Part shown: positions 43,416 to 55,201 of the stretch, one piece after another
How the letters are laid out: every line of letters begins with the position of its first letter
Position numbering within the stretch: the first letter of the stretch is position 1
DNA from: an uncultured Methanomicrobiales archaeon
Lineage (GTDB): Archaea; Halobacteriota; Methanomicrobia; Methanomicrobiales; Methanospirillaceae
Direction: 5' to 3'
Length of the DNA stretch: 64,000 nucleotides
Assembly: GCA_963697895.1 (NCBI GenBank)
Contig: OY969100.1
Span: 672,001-736,000 of the forward strand
The notes under the pieces: model-generated
The model's database searches: none
The model's input: the letters and a program-made list of their open reading frames with translations, nothing else
Told to the model about the DNA's origin: nothing
Translations under genes and position numbers: made by a program

Positions 43416-43750
43416 CAGAAGTTCATTGTCTCCACAAGAGATAGATGTTCCCAAATCGAGAACGACTGCTGGGATCGAATTCCCTTACTTTCATATACAA
43501 ACAGGATAAAAACGAATCCTATATCTTATATTACGTAGTCCGATCGGAATACAACGGGAATAATTAGTCCGGGGATGACATGGACTTTGGCTTTTTTTGA
43601 TTTAGCAGAACCGGCATGAAAATTGGGTAAAAATTGTATAAGAAAAATAAAACAGGGGAATGCGTGCAGACCAGGTGCACATTGGACAGAATACTTTGTC
43701 CTTACATCCTCCACCCTTTTTATTCCATAGTTCAGGTATTCAGGCACATT

Positions 43751-44221
43751 TCAGGTCTGGAATGGCACATCCCGGTCAATGACCGTGTATGTCGTTCCGT
43801 CGGTCATTGTAACGTTCACTATGACACGGTCAGTTTTTGTTGTACCCATCAGCGTGATATTCGTGCCTATCTGAGGGTAATTTGCGCTCCCGGTCTCGAC
43901 CACACAATCTGAACGGATAACGGTCGTAGTCATTACCACAACAGAACCGAGACCCTGCCCGCCGGCAAAGTTGGTTGTGATAATAGGATTGGTTGAAATG
44001 GGATTCTTCATGACTTCTATAAAAACCGATTGATAGGCCGGAACCAGGTCGACTGGCCCGGGAGTCAGAGAACAGGTAGCGCCAGGCCCTGTTACGGTAA
44101 CAGTGGTCTCTACGGGAGTTGCCGGGCTTGTTGGAGGTGGCTGTGGCTGGGTACATCCACCGGTTATGATAGCACAGATGATCAGGATCACAACGGGAAC
44201 GGCAATATGTATCGGGTTCAT
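43751..44221 (-). CDS. Putative lipoprotein
   Basis: Hydrophobic N-terminus ending ITGG-C (lipobox-like), Pro/Thr linker, small beta-rich domain. Confidence 0.75.
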   Translation of the reverse strand: MNPIHIAVPVVILIICAIITGGCTQPQPPPTSPATPVETTVTVTGPGATCSLTPGPVDLVPAYQSVFIEVMKNPISTNPIITTNFAGGQGLGSVVVMTTTVIRSDCVVETGSANYPQIGTNITLMGTTKTDRVIVNVTMTDGTTYTVIDRDVPFQT

Positions 44222-44512
44222 ACGAAATCATTACCGTTCGGGATAATATTCATACCGGTTGTTGAAACCGCGAACACCGGGTGCTTCATCCCGCACGTTC
44301 ACATCAGGGGTTCTGAAGGGTGAATTAAGCCGATGGGTTTTTTCATGAAAAATACATGCGATAAAGCCATAATAGGGGGTATCTCACCGTTGGATGAAGG
44401 GGAAGTTTTCAAGACAAATTTCAGCAGGAAGTCAGCGCAGGGAGTGATGCCGGGAGAGAACCTTTTTTGACTCATCCGAAGAAATAATAGTATACCTGAG
44501 GGAGTGTGCAGA

Positions 44513-45316
44513 ATGGAGAATATTAAACGGGAAGAAGCCCAGACGACCGTTCTTGAAGACGCCCCTGATTACTACATTGAATTATCCGAATATCTCGAGG
44601 TGCTCTCCAACAGCCAGCGGCTGAAGATCCTGAAAATTCTTGAAGTAAAACCGCGGGATGTCAGATCGATCGCATCCGAGATCAGTACCAGTTACGAAAA
44701 CACCAAAAAGCACCTGGACAAGCTGATCAGCATGGGGTTGATAAAGAAGGAGGTCGGTCTTGGGCAGCAGACCTCCAAAGGTGTTCATCCTGTCTGGAAA
44801 TATTCCCTTGTTCCAGGAGCCATGGAAGCAATAGTCCGGAATCTGGGTATATTTTCCAACATGAAAATAAATCCGGTTAATCCGGAACTGCACAAACGAC
44901 TGGACGATGTACGGGGCCAGGTTGCCGAGGAGCTTGCGGGGATCACGCCGATGGTGGTAGTTCTGGGAGGGCCGGATGATGGTAAATACTTCCTTCTGAC
45001 CGAACCCCGAATGAGCATCGGACGGATCGATCCCGGGCAACCCGGGCGCTCTTCGGAACATGACGTAATTTTATCGACGGATTACGCAGCAGTGAGCCGT
45101 GTGTCCAAACCTCACGGGAAGTTCATCCTGGAGAACAGTGAATGGTACATCGAAGACAGTGGAAGCACGGGAGGAACGTTTGTTAATGCACACCCCGTTA
45201 CCCGTCATACTCGTGTCATCGTTCATGACGGTGACCTCATAGAACTTTCGCGGGGACCCACCGGTGCCAAATTGCTGATCATCCTCCCGGCTGAGGAACA
45301 AAAGGATCGATCGTAA
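44513..45316 (+). CDS. ArsR-like winged HTH + FHA domain protein
   Basis: [13 protein letters not shown]...[12 protein letters not shown]; C-terminal SIGR...VSRVSKPH...[13 protein letters not shown]...DGDLIEL. Confidence 0.88.
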   Translation: MENIKREEAQTTVLEDAPDYYIELSEYLEVLSNSQRLKILKILEVKPRDVRSIASEISTSYENTKKHLDKLISMGLIKKEVGLGQQTSKGVHPVWKYSLVPGAMEAIVRNLGIFSNMKINPVNPELHKRLDDVRGQVAEELAGITPMVVVLGGPDDGKYFLLTEPRMSIGRIDPGQPGRSSEHDVILSTDYAAVSRVSKPHGKFILENSEWYIEDSGSTGGTFVNAHPVTRHTRVIVHDGDLIELSRGPTGAKLLIILPAEEQKDRS

Positions 45317-45326
45317 ATCGTTTTAT

Positions 45327-47933
45327 ATGAGAAAAATACTCAATCGAACCGTTATATTCTCTCTTATCGGCATCTGCCTTCTCCTCACAACGTGCATCCA
45401 GGTCTCGGTGGCCGCGCGGGCAACCTTTGAGATCACTGCCTCTGCTGGCCCGAACGGAGAGGTTATACCCGCCGGGACGACTCCGGTTCCCGCCGGGTAC
45501 ACTCTTATGATCGTTATCCTCCCGAATATTGACTACCGGGTGGAGAATGTCATGGTCGATGGCACCTCCGTGGGTCCCCTATCTTCATTTACATTCAGCA
45601 ATATCCGGGATGATCATACACTATCGGTCACCTTCATTCATGAAACAGGGTCGATTTCGATCGATTCAACCCCTGCTGATTCGGATGTATATATTGATGA
45701 ACAGTATTACGGAACGACGCCGTTCACTGCGACTGAAATCCCAACCGGTATTCACGATATCAGGTTAATTAAAACAGGGTTTGTTGAATGGACAACCTCG
45801 GTACAAGTAAGATCCGGGCAGACATCATCCGTTCTGACGACCCTGGTCCCGATCACCGCAACCCCCACTCCAACCCCTTCTCCCACTCCTACACCAACTC
45901 CTACTCCTACTCCAACTCCCACTCCTACCCCCACGCCGAGTCCCACTCCTACACCAACTCCTACTCCTACTCCAACTCCCACTCCTACCCCCACGCCGAG
46001 TCCCACTCCTACACCAACTCCTACTCCTACTCCAACTCCCACTCCTACACCAACTCCTACTCCTACACCAACTCCTACTCCCACTCCTACTCCCACTCCT
46101 ACCCCCACGCCGAGTCCCACTCCAACTCCAACTCATACTCCAACTCCCACTCCTACACCAACCCCTACTGCGACTAAAACTCCTAGTCCCACTCCCACTA
46201 AAACTCCAACTCCTACTCCAACCCCAAGTCCAACTACGATCCCCGCCACAACATCAACCACCGTTCCCACCACTATCCCGACAACAATTCCAACGACCGG
46301 TCCGACGACCATTCCCACCACCATCCCGACAACAATTCCAACGACCGGTATGACAACCATTCCCACCCCTCCTCTGACCGATCCGGCGACCTTCCCGAAT
46401 GGTACCATTCAGCCCACCCCACAGGAGACGGCGATGCCACTAACAGGAGAAACAGGGACGAATAACTCATCAACAAACCAGACAGCAGGAACCCCATTAA
46501 TCCCGCTGGGGGGGCTGCCAGCACCGGGACCGATCTATATTATTCCCATTCTTGCATCTCTCGGCCTTGTTCTTTCCCTCGATCTCATGGGATCGGGAAA
46601 TTTCAGGTTCTTGCAGCCCTTTAGGTTGCGTGTGGGCATCGCATGCGGGTATTTTGTCTCCGGTATCGCATTGCTATATACACTATCCTGGATGGTCAGG
46701 TCCGGATCTGCCCAGACAATGACGGGGCTCCTCCCTCTCTATATCCTACTCCTTGCACTGGTCGCCTATGTCACCATATCCTCGGGTGTGCTCATAGTGG
46801 GCTCCCTAACATCACGCCCGCTCCGGCTGACTCTTAAAACGCATTGGATCTTTGGGATTATTATTTTCTTCATCACCATACTGCTCTTTCTCGCACAACC
46901 CGTTCGGGAGAATTACCCTCTCGTCCTCGTCATCGCCGCGATACCGGTCTCGGCATTATTAGCCCGATGGCAGGACCACCAGATGGAGTATTCCCAAAGG
47001 CCGGGGGGGGCAGGATCATTCTCCTCACCCGGCCCGGGAGGGGCCGGTGGGACGAATGCAGGGGGCATGACTCAGATTGCAGGATCGACCCTGCAACAGA
47101 CCTTTCCCCCCGAATTATCCGACCGGTATACTGATATCCAGTTTATTGGAGTGGGAGGAATATCGCGGGTATTCAAAGCAACGAGCATCCGGGATGGGCA
47201 GATAGTGGCAGTCAAGATACCTACCCACTTTGATGAAACTGCCGGTAAGTGTTTCATGAAAGAGATTATGGCATGGGAAGGATTGCAGCATCCAAATATT
47301 GTGGTGATACGGGAAGTCAATATCCTCCCCATTCCATATGTGGAGATGGAATATATCAGGGCAACCTTAAGCGATCTGCAAAAACCGGTTCCGGTTCTTG
47401 ATGCGGTCAGGATTATGACTGGAATCGCAGAAGGATTATCATACGCTCATACCTGTGGAATAATACACCGGGATATCAAACCACAGAATATTCTCATCAC
47501 CCCCGATGGAACCCCTAAGATTACCGACTGGGGAATGAGCAAGGTCATCGGCACCTGCATAATACCTACGCTCACCGGATTCTCGCTCTCCTATGCAGCC
47601 CCGGAGCAGGTAGCTCCGGGAAAGTTCGGGGAGACTGATGAACGAACCGATATTTATCAGGTAGGGACCGTCTTTTATGAGCTGGTAACCGGACAAATTC
47701 TTCATCCGGGGGACGATCTCGTAGCGGTGAGTACCGAAATTGTATCCCGCCAACCGATCTCTCCATCAGAATATAATTCCGATGCAGCTCCTCTTGATTC
47801 AGTAATTTTAAAGTGCCTGGCGACCAGTCCAGCCGACCGGTATCAGACCGTCAAGGAACTCATTGCGGATCTGCAGCGTTTCAGGCCGGGAGGATCGCTT
47901 ACTAACGATTTGTTTGAAGAGGAATTCGGGTGA
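45327..47933 (+). CDS. Receptor-type Hanks Ser/Thr kinase (signal peptide, InlB-B-like + PEGA ectodomain, PT linker, about 5 TM helices, C-terminal kinase)
   Basis: [35 protein letters not shown]. Confidence 0.93.
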   Translation: MRKILNRTVIFSLIGICLLLTTCIQVSVAARATFEITASAGPNGEVIPAGTTPVPAGYTLMIVILPNIDYRVENVMVDGTSVGPLSSFTFSNIRDDHTLSVTFIHETGSISIDSTPADSDVYIDEQYYGTTPFTATEIPTGIHDIRLIKTGFVEWTTSVQVRSGQTSSVLTTLVPITATPTPTPSPTPTPTPTPTPTPTPTPTPSPTPTPTPTPTPTPTPTPTPSPTPTPTPTPTPTPTPTPTPTPTPTPTPTPTPTPTPTPSPTPTPTHTPTPTPTPTPTATKTPSPTPTKTPTPTPTPSPTTIPATTSTTVPTTIPTTIPTTGPTTIPTTIPTTIPTTGMTTIPTPPLTDPATFPNGTIQPTPQETAMPLTGETGTNNSSTNQTAGTPLIPLGGLPAPGPIYIIPILASLGLVLSLDLMGSGNFRFLQPFRLRVGIACGYFVSGIALLYTLSWMVRSGSAQTMTGLLPLYILLLALVAYVTISSGVLIVGSLTSRPLRLTLKTHWIFGIIIFFITILLFLAQPVRENYPLVLVIAAIPVSALLARWQDHQMEYSQRPGGAGSFSSPGPGGAGGTNAGGMTQIAGSTLQQTFPPELSDRYTDIQFIGVGGISRVFKATSIRDGQIVAVKIPTHFDETAGKCFMKEIMAWEGLQHPNIVVIREVNILPIPYVEMEYIRATLSDLQKPVPVLDAVRIMTGIAEGLSYAHTCGIIHRDIKPQNILITPDGTPKITDWGMSKVIGTCIIPTLTGFSLSYAAPEQVAPGKFGETDERTDIYQVGTVFYELVTGQILHPGDDLVAVSTEIVSRQPISPSEYNSDAAPLDSVILKCLATSPADRYQTVKELIADLQRFRPGGSLTNDLFEEEFG
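45860..46230 (+). repeat. (Pro-Thr)n low-complexity coding repeat with internal 60-bp duplications
   Basis: tcccactcctacaccaactcctactcctactccaactccc recurs at 45881, 45941 and 46001. Confidence 0.9.
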
Positions 47934-47940
47934 ATTACCG

Positions 47941-48754
47941 GTGAACGGAAAGATCCTTCTCGGTAATTCAGTTGCGGGCGTGACGTGCCAGGGCAGACGT
48001 CCCCAAAATGAGGATTCAATGGTGATCGAACCGGTTAGGAACGGTTATCTCTTTGCTGTTGCTGACGGGGTCGGAGGGCATAATGCGGGAGAAGTCGCAT
48101 CGGAGATAGCAATTCAGGAACTCACCCGTTATGTGGTCTCACAACTCGCGAAAGACCCTGCAGTCTGACCCCGGATTTCTCCTCAAGGATGGTTTTTCCC
48201 GTGCTCATGATGAGATAATCGGGAGAGCCACCGGAGAACGGGCGGGAATGAGTACTACCCTGGTCGCAGCCCTCGTTCTCGGTCAGGATCTGTTCATAGC
48301 AAATACGGGAGATTCACGAGCGTATCTGATCCGTGACGGGATCATCTTTCGTACAAGGGATCATTCTATCGTTCAGTCTCTGGTCGATAAAGAGCTTATT
48401 CCTGAAAATGAAAGACATTCTCATCCTTTTCGCTGTTACCTTACCCGCTGTCTGGGAGGAATATTTGAAACGGATCACTATCATATGACCCTGGAAAAGA
48501 ACGACCTGATACTCCTCTCCAGCGACGGATTCCACGAGTACGTTCCCGAATCGGAGATTACTGCGGGAGGAAAAGGACACCCCTTCAAAGAAATACTCGG
48601 GCGCCTCGTAAATCGGGCACTCGAAGAATCCGACGATAATATAACGATTATACTCTATCTGAACGGAGAGGGGGCAGAGAAGATTCAACACAGGCAGATA
48701 CAGTCATTCCCTTTTTCGTGCGATCAAGGCATCATTGATCTGTTTAACCCGTAA
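47941..48754 (+). CDS. PP2C/PPM-family Ser/Thr phosphatase, one frameshift near 48156
   Basis: RRPQNEDS and VADGVGGH in the first frame; STT, NTGDSRAY, RDHS, SDG, DDNIT in the second. One extra C in gaccctgcag. Confidence 0.88.
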
Positions 48755-49204
48755 AACTATGTTCAAAACAGTCCTTTTCAAGCGGGAATTCTCCAGGAGT
48801 TTATCCCTGCACTATTTCTCAAAAAAGAGTAAGGAGACTTGTATTTCCTGATATTATTCTCTTATCGATATTGAGGATCCCTCCCGATCTCCCCCGGTTG
48901 TAATCGGATTTCAATTTGTTACCATGCGGAAACTGACCTGACTTCAGTTCCGCCATGACATTCCGATCGGCGTGTGTTCGAGAGTGGTGATTGGTGTGAG
49001 GCATGTCTGAAAGGTGCATTTGGATATTCCAGGTTCTTGTGTAGTCCCCATCTCGGTGTGATGCGTTTTTCGACTGATCTTTTCAGGGGAATACATCCTT
49101 CTCGGTGTGAATCCTGATCCTCCATTACCCATTTCTCACGGTCTCCCGGGAGAACCGGAATCATAGGGATCACGGTGATCACCCACCATTCACTGGCGAT
49201 GCAC

Positions 49205-49273
49205 TCATGGAGGTATCATTATAGACATAATGATGAACATGAGTCCGATCCCCGCCATTACAACACGTATCAT
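49205..49273 (-). CDS. Candidate 22-aa hydrophobic peptide, or 5' remnant of a secreted-protein gene
   Basis: AAGGAGGT SD 6 nt before ATG; MIRVVMAGIGLMFIIMSIMIPP. Confidence 0.4.
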   Translation of the reverse strand: MIRVVMAGIGLMFIIMSIMIPP

Positions 49274-49572
49274 CGGTCTACCTCCTTGGCAATACATCCG
49301 GGAGCCGAACTCACCGGAGCAGCCTGAATGCGTCACCAATCTATCCATCGCCTTTCAGGAGAGATAAAATCCGATAATGGCGCCGGTTTGAAGACCATGA
49401 CGGAGGGACAGAGGATTGAACCAAACAGTTATATAAAGGATATAAATTTCCCGATATCCGGATCATCCGGGTAATTCTCCGGTGTTCATGGGGACCGGCG
49501 AAAAGAGCGATCGGATTCTTTCGCTGTGCGCCGCTCACCTTCCGTGAGAGAGATCGAAATATCCAGAAATCA

Positions 49573-51663
49573 TCAACAGGATTTATCCTCATACCGGTGA
49601 AATGGCTCGTTCATTTGCCGCGGAATGGACTTCATTCCGGCGAGGGTTCTTCCCACAGCCCGGAATGCCGCACGAATGTCTGAATAATTGGGAACTCCCT
49701 TATTCTGCAGGATGCGCATTCCGCTTCTCATGCTGTCTCCCCCCAGGAGGCATCCGACGATCATTTTGTCGGTATGCCGTGAAAAACGACAGATCTCCTG
49801 TGCAAGATGACCGGAGTCGAGCACTGCAGAGGGAACGGCGATGATGAATGCAATATCCCAAATATCCTGATGCCGGATCAGCACATCGAAGACCCGGGCA
49901 TATCGTTCTGCTCCCCCGTCACCAATAATATCCATCGGGTTTTCATGGCTCCAGATAGGAGGGAGAAACGAATTCAGTTCCTCCATCATATCCGAAGGGA
50001 TATCGATCAGATCGATCCCGTACTCTTCGGCATAGTCCGATGCCAGAACAGCAAATCCACCCGCTGCAGTGATAACGAGGGCCTTTCGACCGTGAGGGTA
50101 GCCTTCTGAAACGAGGAGCTCTGCAATATCAAATGTCTCGCTGATGGAATAGGCCTGGATTATCCCGCTCTGCAGGAACGCCGCCCGGTATATTTCATAA
50201 CTGCCGGCAAGAGATCCCGTATGGGAGGATGCTGCCTTTCTCCCCAGTCGGGAGGACCCTGATTTCAGTGCGATTATGGGTTTGTGGGATATGACCTCTT
50301 TTACCGTTTCCATGAATTCAGAACCATTCTTGATCTCTTCGACATAGAGAATAATTGCGCGTGTTTCCTGATCTTGAGAGAGAAACTGGAGAAATTCGAC
50401 GAAACCCAGATCGATCTGGTTCCCAATACTGATTATCCCGGAGAAACCGATATCCTCGGTCAGACTCCAGTCAACAATAGTCGTAATGATCGCTCCACTT
50501 TGAGAAATAAATCCAATATGACCTATTTTAGGCGAAACGGGGTCGAATGTGGTGTTTATTGCCTGCCGGGGGAGGACGAGCCCGAGGCAGTTTGGTCCCA
50601 TGATCCGAATCCCCTGTTCCCGGGCGATTCGGAGGACTTCCACTTCCCGCATCCTCCCCTCTTCACCCGTCTCACGAAATCCTGAAGATATGATCACGGC
50701 GAGTTTAACCCCTTTTAAGCCCAGTTCACGCAATACACCCGGTACCTGTTCAGCGGGAATTGCAATGACCGCGAGGTCGATCGTTCCGGGAACCGCCTGC
50801 ACGGAAGGATACACCACTCGCGAGAGGAGTTCCCGGTGATGCGGATTGATAGGATACAGTGCACCGGTAAAGGAAAGGAGATTACGGAGGATGGCGTACC
50901 CCACTTTTGTCGGGTCCGAAGATGCCCCGATGACCGCGATCGATGAGGGATAGAAAATTTGAGGGGAAACCGGCTCTTTCTGTTCTGACGATGCTTCAGG
51001 TGGCTGGTCGGTAACATAAATCCGGGCATCAACGACATATACTCCTGCAGTATGGAGAATAACCGGGTTTAAATCGAATTCCACCACCTGGCATTCTTCT
51101 GAGAAGAATGAGACCACCTTGAGAAGCAGATCCAACAGCGCTCCCTCATCCATTGCTGGATACCGGCGAAAACCCTGTATCATCGGGTACCCGCGGAGCT
51201 GACGGATCATCTCTTTCAGTTCCTCTTTCGGGACGGGTAAGACCCGTATGGCAATATCTTTCAGCAGTTCAACATAGACTCCCCCGAGGCCGATTGTAAT
51301 CACCTTGCCGAATGTGGGATCCGTTTTCCCCCCGATGATCATCTCGAGGCCGGAGGGGACCTGTTTTTCAGCAATGATACCGGATATCTCTGCTTCAGGG
51401 ATATTTTCACGAACATTTCTGGTGATGATATCAAAAGATTCCACTGCCTGCTGATCGGTGGATATATCCGTGATCACGCCTCCTGCATCGGTTTTATGCA
51501 CGACATCACGGGAGATGACCTTCATTACGACGGGGTACCCGATTTCAGCGGAAATCCGTGCCGCCTCCCCGGCATTCCGCACGATACGGTACGCCGGAAC
51601 GGGGATGCCAAATCGATCCAGGAGAACATACCCTTCCGGCTCAGTTAGCATCCTTATTTCCAT
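49573..51663 (-). CDS. Acetate--CoA ligase (ADP-forming) family, fused beta-alpha order
   Basis: N-terminal ATP-grasp (GYPVVMK, HKTDAGGV, DLNP); CoA-binding domain (AVIGAS, GPNCLG, SQSG, SHTGSLAG). Confidence 0.92.
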   Translation of the reverse strand: MEIRMLTEPEGYVLLDRFGIPVPAYRIVRNAGEAARISAEIGYPVVMKVISRDVVHKTDAGGVITDISTDQQAVESFDIITRNVRENIPEAEISGIIAEKQVPSGLEMIIGGKTDPTFGKVITIGLGGVYVELLKDIAIRVLPVPKEELKEMIRQLRGYPMIQGFRRYPAMDEGALLDLLLKVVSFFSEECQVVEFDLNPVILHTAGVYVVDARIYVTDQPPEASSEQKEPVSPQIFYPSSIAVIGASSDPTKVGYAILRNLLSFTGALYPINPHHRELLSRVVYPSVQAVPGTIDLAVIAIPAEQVPGVLRELGLKGVKLAVIISSGFRETGEEGRMREVEVLRIAREQGIRIMGPNCLGLVLPRQAINTTFDPVSPKIGHIGFISQSGAIITTIVDWSLTEDIGFSGIISIGNQIDLGFVEFLQFLSQDQETRAIILYVEEIKNGSEFMETVKEVISHKPIIALKSGSSRLGRKAASSHTGSLAGSYEIYRAAFLQSGIIQAYSISETFDIAELLVSEGYPHGRKALVITAAGGFAVLASDYAEEYGIDLIDIPSDMMEELNSFLPPIWSHENPMDIIGDGGAERYARVFDVLIRHQDIWDIAFIIAVPSAVLDSGHLAQEICRFSRHTDKMIVGCLLGGDSMRSGMRILQNKGVPNYSDIRAAFRAVGRTLAGMKSIPRQMNEPFHRYEDKSC

Positions 51664-51858
51664 TTGTATTCACTCTCCTCGCCAGATTATCCCCCATTTT
51701 CCGATTCTTCAGAGAAATCGTTCGGCGAATGCGAAAATCCGGAAACAATTGGTTCACGAAGACGATTCGTTCAGGGAATTAATGAAATGATCGTTCTGCA
51801 TGTTCTGGTTAAACCAGGTATAATAATCCTTATCGGTCAGGACAGGATTTAATTATGT

Positions 51859-53343
51859 ATGCAACCCGGAGAGTTTCGCGCTGCAATAGCGCGTATGCTC
51901 GAAAATAGACCCTCGTTTCTTCTTTCCGAACTTTGTACGGATCGTTTCCCGCAATTAACGCCCCGTGAATTTCTGGACATGATACAGCCTTATTGTCAGG
52001 ATATTCAGATTATTGCATCACCGCTGGGTGATGATTTCGAGATCCGCTCGTCCGCTCCATTTTTATCTTTGAATGAAAAAGAATACGCACAGCAACGCTC
52101 ATTTTTGGAAAACGCCCAAGTCCCCCGGCGCCTCGAAACGATCATAGAGGAGTACATATCTTCGAAGGTAGGGAAGAGCTGGCGAGATCCGGTCATTCTC
52201 GATCGCATCCGGAAGGCTATCATACGACAGAAGGACTGCTACTGGGCGGATGGGAAAAACAGGAAAATACGCTATGAAAAAGGGTATCAGGTCTGGGGAT
52301 ATCTCGCCTACCAGCTCCCGGTTTATCTGATTCAGTTTGAACATATTCTCTTCCAGCTCGCCCGGGAAGGGCTGTTGAAGAGAGATTTGAGACTACTCGA
52401 CGCAGGAACAGGACCAGGGGTCGTACCTCTGGCAACGATGGATTTTTTCCGCCGGCTCAATCGTTTCTCCCTCGACATCACTGCGATTGAGCAGTCTGAT
52501 GAACATATCGAAGCATATAATTATCTTGTCCCAGAATTCCGCGGGGATTCAGCAGAGATATGTATCCATCCTCCGGTAAAATCCGATCTCAGGACCATCC
52601 GGCGGGATCAGCTCCCGGATTGCGCGGATCTGATCGTCTTCCAGAATGTCCTGAATGAAATAACCGACCAACCGCGGGAAAAGGCAGACATTGTCAGGAA
52701 ATTCCTCCCCGTCCTCGCCGATGATGGCAGTATATTGATCATGGAACCAGCGGACCGCATGAATGCCACTGCTCTCCGTGTAGTGGTCATGGATCTCGTC
52801 TCCGGAGGGGTCGGATTGTATGGTCCGTGCACGCTTCTTCGTGGTGGTCCCTGTCAACCACAAAATTGCTGGACGTTTGAAGAACGGCCACCTATCAGGC
52901 CGACCACCCTCATGCAATCACTTGCTGCCGCAGGTCCCGAACCATACCGGTATGTGAACACCGATATAAAATATGCCTCTGCGATCCTCCGGAAGGATAC
53001 CCGTACGATGAAGAACTTCCGGATAACACCCAAGATGCGATATGCGCGTTTTTCATCGTTAAAGAGGCATGTCAGCCGGTATGTCAACGCAGTTGCGTGT
53101 GTCATGTCAGGAGACCTCGGGGATTCCCGGACCCATGTTTACAAGCTCTGCGATGGGACATCCGTAAATGCGGTATATGCAATACTTCCTTCGTATCACG
53201 CGACTGCATCAAACCGGGCATTGCTTTCCATCGGCTATGGAGATATCATCGCGCTGGATCAGGTTCTCGTCCGGTTTAACCGTCGGTATGAAGCATATAA
53301 TCTCCTGATAAATAAAAAAAGCAGGATCATACCTTTGAATTAG
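51859..53343 (+). CDS. Class I SAM-dependent methyltransferase (Rsm22-like)
   Basis: LLDAGTGPG, NVLNE, IMEP, GPC...C...CW. Confidence 0.8.
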   Translation: MQPGEFRAAIARMLENRPSFLLSELCTDRFPQLTPREFLDMIQPYCQDIQIIASPLGDDFEIRSSAPFLSLNEKEYAQQRSFLENAQVPRRLETIIEEYISSKVGKSWRDPVILDRIRKAIIRQKDCYWADGKNRKIRYEKGYQVWGYLAYQLPVYLIQFEHILFQLAREGLLKRDLRLLDAGTGPGVVPLATMDFFRRLNRFSLDITAIEQSDEHIEAYNYLVPEFRGDSAEICIHPPVKSDLRTIRRDQLPDCADLIVFQNVLNEITDQPREKADIVRKFLPVLADDGSILIMEPADRMNATALRVVVMDLVSGGVGLYGPCTLLRGGPCQPQNCWTFEERPPIRPTTLMQSLAAAGPEPYRYVNTDIKYASAILRKDTRTMKNFRITPKMRYARFSSLKRHVSRYVNAVACVMSGDLGDSRTHVYKLCDGTSVNAVYAILPSYHATASNRALLSIGYGDIIALDQVLVRFNRRYEAYNLLINKKSRIIPLN

Positions 53344-53554
53344 TATTGCGGATGGCATTTGAGGTCTTAACAGGCTGGATACCGTATCGATCTAGTTCGG
53401 GAGCTCATGACATAATTGATAAATCGGGGTACCCCAATATCATCATTGATTGAGGGTTCAGAATAAAGGGGTAAGGCGATGGATTCGGTAGATGTCAGAA
53501 CTAATGCAGGGTACATCGGGACCGCCCAGTATCCGGATGGGGGATTCTGATCGG

Positions 53555-54451
53555 ATGAGAGACATCATCTCCATCCGGGATATGCAACGTGATGCAATTG
53601 ATTCATTGCTTGACGAGGCACAGCAGATTCAGTGGCATCACTACGATGAAAATGCATTGAAAGGAAAGCTGATTGCGCTTCTGTTCTTTGAGCCCTCGAC
53701 CAGGACCCGAATGTCCTTCGAATCGGCTATGGCCCGGCTCGGGGGAACATCGGTCAGCGTGGGAAGTGTAGAGGCGAGTTCGATATCCAAAGGGGAGACC
53801 CTTGCAGACACCATTCGCGTAGTGAGCGGTTATGTTGATGCGATCGTACTCCGGCATCCGAAGGAAGGTGCTGCACGGCTGGCGAGTGAATTCGCAACGG
53901 TACCCGTGATCAATGCCGGAGATGGAGCGGGACAGCATCCATCACAGACGCTCCTCGATCTCTTCACCATTCGTCAATCAATGCCGATTCATGGAATTGA
54001 GGTTGGATTGCTGGGTGATCTGCGATATGGGAGGACCGCACACTCCCTCGCATATGCGCTCTCCCTCTACAATGCGCGAATCCATACGATCTCCCCAAAG
54101 GGGCTAGAACTCCCCTCATCCCTCATCAATGAACTCCGGTCCCAGGGGACATCGATTCGTGAGCACAATACCGTGGAAGAGGTGATCCGGGATCTGGACG
54201 TGTTATACGTTACGAGGATTCAACGCGAACGTTTCCCTGACTCGTCCTCCTATTTCAAAGTCGCATCAAGTTACCGGATCACGCCCGAACTGCTGACTAA
54301 TGTGCACGAACATCTCATCGTTCTCCACCCGTTGCCGCGTCTCGATGAGATCGATCCCCGTGTCGATGCACTTCCCTATGCGCGCTACTTCGAACAATCA
54401 AACAACGGTATACCCGTCCGCATGGCTATGCTGCAGAGGGTGATGGGATGA
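53555..54451 (+). CDS. pyrB: Aspartate carbamoyltransferase catalytic subunit
   Basis: FFEPSTRTRMSF, KGETLADT, HPSQTLLD, RIQRER, HPLP. Confidence 0.97.
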   Translation: MRDIISIRDMQRDAIDSLLDEAQQIQWHHYDENALKGKLIALLFFEPSTRTRMSFESAMARLGGTSVSVGSVEASSISKGETLADTIRVVSGYVDAIVLRHPKEGAARLASEFATVPVINAGDGAGQHPSQTLLDLFTIRQSMPIHGIEVGLLGDLRYGRTAHSLAYALSLYNARIHTISPKGLELPSSLINELRSQGTSIREHNTVEEVIRDLDVLYVTRIQRERFPDSSSYFKVASSYRITPELLTNVHEHLIVLHPLPRLDEIDPRVDALPYARYFEQSNNGIPVRMAMLQRVMG

Positions 54452-54915
54452 AGATTAAAAATTCCCGCGAGGGGCTCCTGGTCAGTCCCATCCGGGATGG
54501 AACAGTCATCGACCATATCACGGCCGGTGAAGCATTGAATGTCCTGAAAATGATCGGGATAACCGGGTATACGAAGGAGTGCTTAAGCATTGCAACCAAC
54601 GTGGCAAGCCAGAAGATGGGAAAGAAGGATATCGTAAAGATAGAAAACCGGGAGCTTCGAAAGGAGGAGGTGGACCGGATCGCTCTTATCGCCCCTGATG
54701 TATCCATCAATATCATCAGAAATTATACCGTCTTTGAGAAGAAGGGAGTTGAAAAACCCGCATCTCTGGTGGGTGTGGTCAGATGCCCGAATCCCGGCTG
54801 CATATCGAATACCCATGAACCGATCGAAAGCCGGTTTGAGGTTCTCGGGAGTGGGTTGCGATGTATGTACTGCGACTGGTTGATAACCGAGGACATTACC
54901 AGTCATATCGTGTAG
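54448..54915 (+). CDS. pyrI: Aspartate carbamoyltransferase regulatory subunit
   Basis: GTVIDHI, KKDIVKIE, CPNPGCIS...CMYC Zn site. Confidence 0.97.
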   Translation: MKIKNSREGLLVSPIRDGTVIDHITAGEALNVLKMIGITGYTKECLSIATNVASQKMGKKDIVKIENRELRKEEVDRIALIAPDVSINIIRNYTVFEKKGVEKPASLVGVVRCPNPGCISNTHEPIESRFEVLGSGLRCMYCDWLITEDITSHIV

Positions 54916-55201
54916 GGAATGAATCCTCCATGGCATTATCCTGGATGAATAGAATTTATATATGCCGGCTAACAAGAAATCGGCGATTATTTGGCTCCAA
55001 AACAGCAGTTGCATTTTGTGTTCCGGCAACGTGTCTATTTATCCACTGATATATTGGTTCGGGTTTCCGTTACGAAAAATGACGAATCAACACAGTAAGA
55101 GGAAGGAGTTCTTCCCGGTGAAAAATAGATCCGGATCCTTGGAAGATTTCACTCGCCTGAAAGTGGGCTGCGATATTCGTGAACCGGATACCAGCACGAT
55201 T

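Noticed and set aside
45752-46408. (GV)n, (SR)n and (SY/SH)n ORFs
   Set aside because: Alternative frames of the kinase PT linker.
48131-48168. TGA read-through or selenocysteine in the PP2C gene
   Set aside because: The downstream motifs are in a different frame, so this is a frameshift, not recoding.
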